Source: an uncultured Ardenticatenales bacterium (lineage in GTDB: Bacteria > Chloroflexota > Anaerolineae > Ardenticatenales > JAADHH01). From it: a DNA stretch of 36,174 nt. Of the stretch, positions 30,549 to 36,174 are shown piece after piece (positions within the stretch are counted from its first letter, which is position 1; each line of letters starts with the position of its first letter). The notes below the pieces were generated by a model. The model was not told the origin of the DNA. It ran no database searches and worked only from the letters and a program-made list of their open reading frames with translations. A program made the position numbers and the translations under genes. The DNA is taken from the NCBI GenBank assembly GCA_964517425.1, contig CAZFFM010000001.1:1-36174 (forward strand), given 5' to 3'.

Positions 30549-30604
30549 ATGTCAATTGTCAACGATCAACTTTCAATGGCTAACGTAACACGTAACACGC
30601 AACA
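30549..30604. repeat. Heptad array, 8 units, inverted relative to 11944-12062
   Basis: atgtcaa ttgtcaa cgatcaa ctttcaa tggctaa cgtaaca cgtaaca cgcaaca. The array runs directly into the eutN RBS (GAGGAG). Confidence 0.8.
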
Positions 30605-30615
30605 CGAGGAGCCCC

Positions 30616-30906
30616 ATGCTCATTTGTCGTGTCGTAGGATCGGCGGTTTCGACCGTCAAAGATGAAAAGTTGAAAGGGCTGAAGCTGCTCATTGTCCGTG
30701 AGGTGACGGTGCGCAACCGGCTGGTGGGCAAGCCGCTGGTCGCCGTCGACTCGGTCGGCGCGGGCGAGGGGGAGCTGGTCTTCGTCGCCCAGGGCAGTTC
30801 CGCCCGTCAGACCCACCTGACGCAGAGCGCGCCGGTAGACGCCACGATCATGGCCATCGCCGACTCGTTGGAGGTGGGAGGGAAAGTGACGTATCGTAAG
30901 GCGTAG
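30616..30906 (+). CDS. eutN: BMC vertex (pentamer) protein, EutN/CcmL/PduN family
   Basis: 96 aa with the BMC-P signature MLICRVVGSAVSTVKDEKLKGLKLLIV ... [13 protein letters not shown]. Confidence 0.9.
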   Translation: MLICRVVGSAVSTVKDEKLKGLKLLIVREVTVRNRLVGKPLVAVDSVGAGEGELVFVAQGSSARQTHLTQSAPVDATIMAIADSLEVGGKVTYRKA

Positions 30907-30917
30907 AGGACTGTGAT

Positions 30918-31787
30918 ATGAGTTTCAAAAAGTACACCTCAGGCCAACATACGATCTACCATGGCGATGCTTTGAACGTCCTGCCAACCTTGCAGGACGA
31001 AAGCGTTGACCTGATTTTTGCTGATCCACCATACAACATAGGAAAGCAATTTGCGAGCTTTACTGATAGGTGGTCATCAAATGAAGCTTATGTTGAATGG
31101 TGTAGAAAATGGATCGACCTTTGTGTTCAGAAATTGAACACGACTGGGACAATGTACATAATGGCAAGCACGCAAGGTATGCCCTATATTGACATGCACC
31201 TTCGTGACAAAGTCACAATTCTTTCGCGAATAGTTTGGCACTACGACAGTTCTGGTGTTCAGGCAAGAAGATGTTTTGGTTCCCTGTACGAGCCTATTCT
31301 GCATTGTGTGAAAGACCCTAAAGAGTACACTTTTAATGCCGACCAGATTTTAGTTGAAGCCAGAACAGGCGCAAAAAGGGAACTCGTTGACTATCGAAAA
31401 GTCCCCCCAGTGCTTTATAATACCAAGAAGGTACCTGGTAACGTTTGGTACTTCCCCCGCGTACGCTACCGAATGCCGGAGTATGAGAAGCACCCTTCAC
31501 AGAAACCTGAAGCATTGCTTGAGCGAATCATCGCTGCCAGCAGCAATCCAGGCGATCTAGTCCTGGATCCGTTTGCAGGAACGTTTACAACTTGTGCCGT
31601 CGCAAAGCGTATGGGAAGAACATCAATTGGAATAGAAATCCAGGAGGAATTCATCAAAATCGGTTTGCGAAGGGTTGGCGTGGCCACAACTTACAATGGG
31701 GAAAAACTTAAACCCCCTCAGAAGAACTTCATCCACCGCGCAAAGAAGTCCACACCCCATTCGGTACAACTAGAGCTTGGGGTCTAA
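30918..31787 (+). CDS. Beta-class N6-adenine or N4-cytosine DNA methyltransferase
   Basis: Motif IV FADPPYN precedes motif I LDPFAGTFTT (the beta-class order). The gene is AT-rich and starts 11 nt after the eutN stop. Confidence 0.85.
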   Translation: MSFKKYTSGQHTIYHGDALNVLPTLQDESVDLIFADPPYNIGKQFASFTDRWSSNEAYVEWCRKWIDLCVQKLNTTGTMYIMASTQGMPYIDMHLRDKVTILSRIVWHYDSSGVQARRCFGSLYEPILHCVKDPKEYTFNADQILVEARTGAKRELVDYRKVPPVLYNTKKVPGNVWYFPRVRYRMPEYEKHPSQKPEALLERIIAASSNPGDLVLDPFAGTFTTCAVAKRMGRTSIGIEIQEEFIKIGLRRVGVATTYNGEKLKPPQKNFIHRAKKSTPHSVQLELGV

Positions 31788-32907
31788 GTTTGTGAAAGAG
31801 CATAGCTTTACGCCTGTAATCAGGCAGATACTGTCCGAGGAATTCGGCCCTGCGTATGAAGAAATCTTCAAACAGAGTGAATTGTTGCAGTATCTCAATG
31901 TAAAGACGATCTCAGCCTCTCGTGGGTCAAAGGCCCGTGGTTCATTCGGAAACATCTATGCAATCTACGTGCTGGTCGAGGATTATGTGAGGCGTGGTTT
32001 TCACATTCGTGGGGATTATGAAGATGCCGAGGGAGCACAGTTTTCCGCTCTCTTCAAACGTCAGAGGGGTTTGCCCTTTGGGAGCAGACTCCAAAACCAT
32101 GCTCTCAACCATCGTCTTAATCAGGAATTCAGAAAGTGCTTTCCAATAGCCAATATTCAACCAATACTGCGCGATGCCGAGACTCGCCAGTATTGGATAA
32201 ACGAACACTTGTTAGCGGTCGAGGTACATGAACGAGAGTACAACCTTGCAGAGGCTGTAATCAGAATAATCGATGCTTACGCCGACGCTAAGCAAGAAGC
32301 TTTCAATTCGTTCATTCGCGATTGCGTGAAAATGCAGCACATATCGGACGAAAGCCCTGAAGCAGTGGTAGACTTCATCGCCAATCTGCTGAGGCCCAAA
32401 GTTGATGCACGGATTTTTGAGATTGTGAGCTTCGCAATTTTGAAGGCACATTACGGAGACAAGTCGTTCTTTTGGGGATGGGATATAGACAGCATAGAAG
32501 AAGAAAAGCTCGCTCTATACAAAACGGGGCGTACCAACGCGAACGATGGAGGAATTGACTTTGTGATGCGCCCCCTAGGACGATTCTTCCAAGTGACTGA
32601 AACGCTTGATGTGAGGAAGTATTTCTTGGATATTGACAAAGTACAGAAGTATCCAATCACATTTGTAGTGAAAACAGAAATGGGGATGCCTGAGATAAAG
32701 CAAACCATTGAGAAGCAGGCCGAAGAGCAGTACCCTGTACGTGCTATCGTCAGGCGGTATATGGAATGTATAGAGGAAACCATAAATATACCGACATTGC
32801 TAGAACGGCTGCAAGAAGTTGTGGAGGCAGGAGACCTAAATACAGTCATAAAAGAAATCGTAACGCATAGCAAGGTAGAGTTCAATATGATTGACCAAAA
32901 GACGTAA
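31777..32907 (+). CDS. Putative type II restriction endonuclease
   Basis: 376 aa, AT-rich, and overlapping the methyltransferase gene (TTG 31777, or GTG 31792). The DGGIDFVMRP...QVTETLDVRK segment resembles Mrr-cat/PD-(D/E)xK. The call rests mainly on context. Confidence 0.6.
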   Translation: MGSKFVKEHSFTPVIRQILSEEFGPAYEEIFKQSELLQYLNVKTISASRGSKARGSFGNIYAIYVLVEDYVRRGFHIRGDYEDAEGAQFSALFKRQRGLPFGSRLQNHALNHRLNQEFRKCFPIANIQPILRDAETRQYWINEHLLAVEVHEREYNLAEAVIRIIDAYADAKQEAFNSFIRDCVKMQHISDESPEAVVDFIANLLRPKVDARIFEIVSFAILKAHYGDKSFFWGWDIDSIEEEKLALYKTGRTNANDGGIDFVMRPLGRFFQVTETLDVRKYFLDIDKVQKYPITFVVKTEMGMPEIKQTIEKQAEEQYPVRAIVRRYMECIEETINIPTLLERLQEVVEAGDLNTVIKEIVTHSKVEFNMIDQKT

Positions 32908-33228
32908 CACGCAGGCGGAGGAGGAACTCGTGCCTGTTCAGATGGTAATTGAATTGAGAGAAAAACAGGGAATCCAACCAATTCTTCAATCTATCGAATC
33001 GTACAAAGTGCAACTCACGGCCAGTATCGAGCGCGGCAAACGTCACCTTCGTCAATTTGAGCAACAATACGGCGTGGGTACAAGCTCACTTCTTGCAAGC
33101 GATGACGGCCGAAGACCTGGAAGGTGGTGACCTGGAATACGTAGAATGGGCGGGGGAAGCCAAACTGCTGGAAGCACTGAAAGCTGGGTTGTTGGAACTA
33201 GAGTATGCCAAGTATCACCTTCCCTGAA
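32891..33228 (+). pseudogene. Frameshifted small antitoxin-like gene
   Basis: Frame 1 gives ...RHLRQFEQQYGVGTS and then nonsense. Another frame continues [47 protein letters not shown]-stop. The shift lies near 33077-33085. Confidence 0.5.
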
Positions 33229-33263
33229 TACGCTCAACGGATTGAGCACATTTTGAATCATGT

Positions 33264-33417
33264 GGTCGGCGCGGGCGAGGGGGAGCTGGTCGCCGTCGCT
33301 CAAGGTAGTTCCGCCCGCCAGACCCACCTGACGCAGAGTGCGCCGGTAGACGCCACGATCATGGCCATTGCCGACTCGCTGAAGGTGGGAGGGACCGTGA
33401 CGTATCGTAAGGCGTAA
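33264..33417 (+). pseudogene. Duplicated eutN 3-prime end (51 codons)
   Basis: 141 of 154 nt are identical to 30753-30906 with no indels. It encodes [50 protein letters not shown]-stop. The ORF-track entry 33205..33417 is a chimeric read-in. Confidence 0.85.
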
Positions 33418-33420
33418 TGC

Positions 33421-33765
33421 TTGGGGGAGATGATCGTGATTACTCTTGAGAGGGCAAAAGAAATGATCTCTTCGATGACCCGTGCCGAAAAGGCTCAGGT
33501 TCTACAGTGGGTAGCCCGCGACTTTGGGGAAGCGTTTCCAGGCATCGAGAGCTCACCGCAAGTATCTGGCGGCGAGGCTCACATCGTGCGCACCCGCATT
33601 CCGGTTTGGGTGTTGGTGCAAGCCATGAAGTTGGGAGCAAGCGAAGCAGACTTGCTTAGAATGTACCCAACATTACGTGCAGAGGACTTGGTCAACGCAT
33701 GGGCCTATTATCGCTCGCATCGGGACGAGATTGAGCGACAAATCGTTGAGAATGAAGCGGCGTGA
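33421..33765 (+). CDS. DUF433 antitoxin-like protein
   Basis: The motif is AHIVRTRIPVWVLVQAMKLGASEADLLRMYPTLRAEDLVNAWAYY. The start is ambiguous (TTG 33421, ATG 33430 or GTG 33436). Confidence 0.75.
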   Translation: MGEMIVITLERAKEMISSMTRAEKAQVLQWVARDFGEAFPGIESSPQVSGGEAHIVRTRIPVWVLVQAMKLGASEADLLRMYPTLRAEDLVNAWAYYRSHRDEIERQIVENEAA

Positions 33766-33768
33766 GAC

Positions 33769-34137
33769 ATGGCCCGACTGTTTGCAGACGAGAATTCCCC
33801 CTTGCCTGTTGTCGAAGAACTGCGCCGGCTCGGACACGATGTGCTCACAGTACAGGAAGTCGGCATGGCCAATCAAATGGTTCCAGATAAATCGGTATTA
33901 GACTTTGGGACTGCTGACAATCGAATCGTGTTAACACTCAACCGCAAGCACTTCGTCCACTTGCACAGAAGGTCGTCGGAGCATGAAGGTATTATCGTGT
34001 GCACAGTCGATCTCGACTTCGCCGGTCAGGCCTTGCGCATTCATGAAGCTGTTGGATCGCAGGAGTCGTTGCCTGGAGAACTGATCCGGGTGAACCGGCC
34101 TCGTCAAGGTGGCGAAGTAATTCCGAAGAGGTCGTGA
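33769..34137 (+). CDS. DUF5615 (PIN-like, Mut7-C-related) toxin-like protein
   Basis: The N-terminus RLFADENSPLPVVEELRRLGHDV is typical of DUF5615 partners of DUF433. Confidence 0.7.
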   Translation: MARLFADENSPLPVVEELRRLGHDVLTVQEVGMANQMVPDKSVLDFGTADNRIVLTLNRKHFVHLHRRSSEHEGIIVCTVDLDFAGQALRIHEAVGSQESLPGELIRVNRPRQGGEVIPKRS

Positions 34138-34139
34138 TT

Positions 34140-35627
34140 ATGTCCGCAACGTATGACAAGGACTTGCAGTCCATCCAGGAAGCGCGGCAGCTGGCCGTGG
34201 CTTGCCGCAACGCGCAACGCGAATTCGCCCACTTCTCGCAGGAAGAGGTGGACCGCGTGGTGGCCGCCATGGCCGACGCCGGCTACCGCGCCGCCGAGCG
34301 GCTGGGAGTCATGGCCCACGACGAGACCGGCTACGGCGTGCCCAGCCATAAGAAGCTGAAGAACGAATTCGCCAGCCGCACGGTGTGGGAATCGATCCGC
34401 GACGTGAAGACCGCCGGCGTGATCCGCCGCGACGACGCGCGCGGCATCGTCGAGATCGGCTGGCCGGTGGGCGTCATCGTCGGCCTGACGCCGAGCACGA
34501 ACCCGACATCCACGATCCTGTACAAATCGCTGATCGCCCTCAAAGCGCGCAACGGCATCGTCTTTGCGCCGCACCCTTCGGCCGTGAAGTGCTCGCTGGA
34601 GACGACACGCATCATGGCCGAAGCCGCCCAACACGCCGGCGCACCGGCCGGGCTGCTCGCCTGCATGTCGAAAATCTCCCTGCCCGGTACGCACGAGCTG
34701 ATGGGCCACTGGGCAGTGAACCTGATCCTGGCCACCGGCGGCGCGGCGATGGTGAAGGCCGCGCACAGCGCCGGCAAGCCGGCCTATGGCGTGGGACCGG
34801 GCAACGTCCCGGTCTACGTGGACCGCAGCGCGGATGTGCCCCAGGCCGCCTTCGACATCGTCAACAGCAAATCGTTCGATTGCAGCGTCATCTGCTCGTC
34901 GGAGCAGGCGGTGGTGGCCGACCGCCCCATCGCCGCCCAACTGCGGCGGGAAATGGAGCGCAACGGCGCATACTTCGTGGACCAGGCCCGCGCCGACGCC
35001 CTGGGCCGGCGACTCTTCCGGCCGGACGGCACGAACTGGCCCGAAGTCGTCGGCAAGACACCGCAGCAGTTGGCCGAGATGAGCGGCATTCAGGTGCCGG
35101 GCGACGCGCGCGCCCTGGTCGCCGACCTGAACGCGGTCGGGCCGGAACACCCGCTGTCACGCGAGAAGCTGACCACCGTCCTCGGCTTCTACGAAGAGGA
35201 GGGCTGGATCAAGGGGTGCGAGCGATGCATCGAGCTGCTCAAGTTCGGCGGCGACGGGCACACGCTGGCCATCCACGCGCAGGACGAAGAGGTGATCATG
35301 GCCTTTGGGTTGGAGAAGCCGGCCTTCCGCATCGTGGTCAACACGGCAGCCACCGCCGGCGCCATCGGCCTGACCACCGACCTTGATCCGGCCATGACCC
35401 TGGCCACGGGAGGCATGGGCGGCGGCATCAGCAGCGACAACATAACGGTACGCCACCTGCTGAACACCAAGCGGCTGGCCTACGGCCGGCGTCCCTGGCC
35501 GCTGAAAGCCGAAGCAAAGCGGAGACCGCAAGCGACGAGACCGGCACCAACGGCAACCGGCGGCTATTCCGAGGCCGAGGTCGAGGCCATCGTCCGCCGC
35601 GTGGTGCGGGAGTTAAGAGGGGGATAG
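34140..35627 (+). CDS. Acylating (CoA-dependent) aldehyde dehydrogenase, EutE/PduP-like, with C-terminal encapsulation-peptide-like helix
   Basis: The catalytic region SFDCSVICSSEQAVV can be compared with FDNGxICASEQ. The C-terminus has a Pro/Ala-rich linker and then SEAEVEAIVRRVVRELRGG-stop. The start is ATG 34140 (or GTG 34134). Confidence 0.85.
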   Translation: MSATYDKDLQSIQEARQLAVACRNAQREFAHFSQEEVDRVVAAMADAGYRAAERLGVMAHDETGYGVPSHKKLKNEFASRTVWESIRDVKTAGVIRRDDARGIVEIGWPVGVIVGLTPSTNPTSTILYKSLIALKARNGIVFAPHPSAVKCSLETTRIMAEAAQHAGAPAGLLACMSKISLPGTHELMGHWAVNLILATGGAAMVKAAHSAGKPAYGVGPGNVPVYVDRSADVPQAAFDIVNSKSFDCSVICSSEQAVVADRPIAAQLRREMERNGAYFVDQARADALGRRLFRPDGTNWPEVVGKTPQQLAEMSGIQVPGDARALVADLNAVGPEHPLSREKLTTVLGFYEEEGWIKGCERCIELLKFGGDGHTLAIHAQDEEVIMAFGLEKPAFRIVVNTAATAGAIGLTTDLDPAMTLATGGMGGGISSDNITVRHLLNTKRLAYGRRPWPLKAEAKRRPQATRPAPTATGGYSEAEVEAIVRRVVRELRGG

Positions 35628-35912
35628 TTGGCAGGCAATACTATTGTGATCGTGTGGACCGAGTACTTGAGATACAGGGCCAAACTGCGCAAATTCGACC
35701 TTGCCAAAGTGGAGGAAGTTGTGCGGCACTCAACTGAACGGTATCTCGACACGGCAACAGGCCGTTTCGTCGTCGTGGATCGACATGAAAACATGCTGGT
35801 GATGATCCCGTATGAGACAGATGTAGATTCCATGATACCGATAACTATCCATGCAACGACAAGGCAGCAGATTAGATTCCGGCTTAAAACAGGGAGGCTC
35901 ACCTATGTATGA
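35628..35912 (+). CDS. Putative toxin partner of a DUF2283 protein (family uncertain)
   Basis: 94 aa. The TTG start comes directly after the aldehyde dehydrogenase stop, with GAGGGGG upstream. There is an 8-nt overlap with the next gene. Confidence 0.5.
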   Translation: MAGNTIVIVWTEYLRYRAKLRKFDLAKVEEVVRHSTERYLDTATGRFVVVDRHENMLVMIPYETDVDSMIPITIHATTRQQIRFRLKTGRLTYV

Positions 35913-36132
35913 CAAAAACAAAACCCATTTGGTATACTTTGAAAAAGAGGACGTGTTACACCTGGCAATCTCTGACGAGCCTGAGGCCAAGAGCGTTGAA
36001 CTCAGTCCGAACGTGACGGCGGAACTGAACAAGAAAGGGGAATTGATCGGCGTTGAGATCCTCAATGCCAGTACTTTCATGCGGGATTCCATTCTCGATT
36101 CGGTACAAGCAAAGATGTTACAACTGGCTTGA
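35905..36132 (+). CDS. DUF2283-like antitoxin
   Basis: The start at ATG 35905 has GGGAGG upstream. The pattern is EKEDVLHLAISDEPEAKSVELSPNVTAELNKKGELIGVEILNAS. Confidence 0.6.
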   Translation: MYDKNKTHLVYFEKEDVLHLAISDEPEAKSVELSPNVTAELNKKGELIGVEILNASTFMRDSILDSVQAKMLQLA

Positions 36133-36174
36133 AAGTAGTAGCTTCACGACGAATAATACGAAAGGAGCTTCATA

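Noticed and set aside
33205-33417. ORF-track entry of 70 aa ([15 protein letters not shown]...VTYRKA) as a genuine gene.
   Set aside because: Only its last 51 codons are eutN-derived. The first part is read-in from cassette DNA. It lacks the N-terminal half of the BMC-P fold, so it is treated as a gene-end relic.
29189-33417. Integron-like cassette array (attC sites plus an integrase), or a transposon or integrative element, as an explanation for the cassettes.
   Set aside because: The window contains no tyrosine or serine recombinase, no transposase, no attC-like imperfect inverted repeats and no terminal inverted repeats at the cassette ends. The repeats are copies of gene ends, not recombination-site motifs.
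49-36092. Numerous antisense or off-frame ORFs of 60-400 aa inside purD, purF, nadB, purB, purL, the aldehyde dehydrogenase gene and others, for example 6169..7509, 8585..9838, 12051..13199, 25215..26351 and 34104..35150.
   Set aside because: These are shadow ORFs, as expected in GC-rich DNA. Their products are low-complexity and R/P/A/G-rich, and the opposite-strand genes have unambiguous conserved enzyme motifs.

Overview
GC-rich bacterial chromosomal window. Its gene content and repeat style suggest a Chloroflexota-like filamentous organism, but that is inference only. All domain and family calls rest on motifs I recognise by eye in the supplied translations; no searches were run.

There are two housekeeping blocks. 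(1) A long minus-strand supercluster runs purS-purS-purL fusion, purQ, purB, purC, nadC-nadA-nadB, purE, purF and purD. It is followed by a Uma2 nuclease, a radical-SAM DNA modification/repair gene, a DUF574-type methyltransferase, a secreted Ig-repeat protein and a GT2 glycosyltransferase. (2) The plus strand carries mutY, lepB and the first part of a sugar-phosphate-utilisation (SPU-like) bacterial microcompartment (BMC) operon: RpiB-like isomerase, DeoC aldolase, EutN/CcmL vertex protein and acylating aldehyde dehydrogenase. Three of these enzymes carry encapsulation-peptide-like helices.

Three things stand out.
- Many gene junctions in both blocks hold visibly AT-richer accessory cassettes: seven toxin-antitoxin pairs, an orphan DUF433 gene, a type II R-M pair and a HEPN plus PD-(D/E)xK two-gene island. 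No integrase or transposase is present.
- In the BMC operon the cassettes are bracketed by about 91 percent identical duplications of the 3-prime end of the preceding gene (deoC x3, eutN x2), and the differences are mostly synonymous.
- Most intergenic spacers are continuous in-register heptanucleotide arrays. Some are translated: the purS-purL linker, the purE N-terminus and the purB and purQ tails.

Several consensus promoters lie directly against ATG codons, which suggests leaderless mRNAs.
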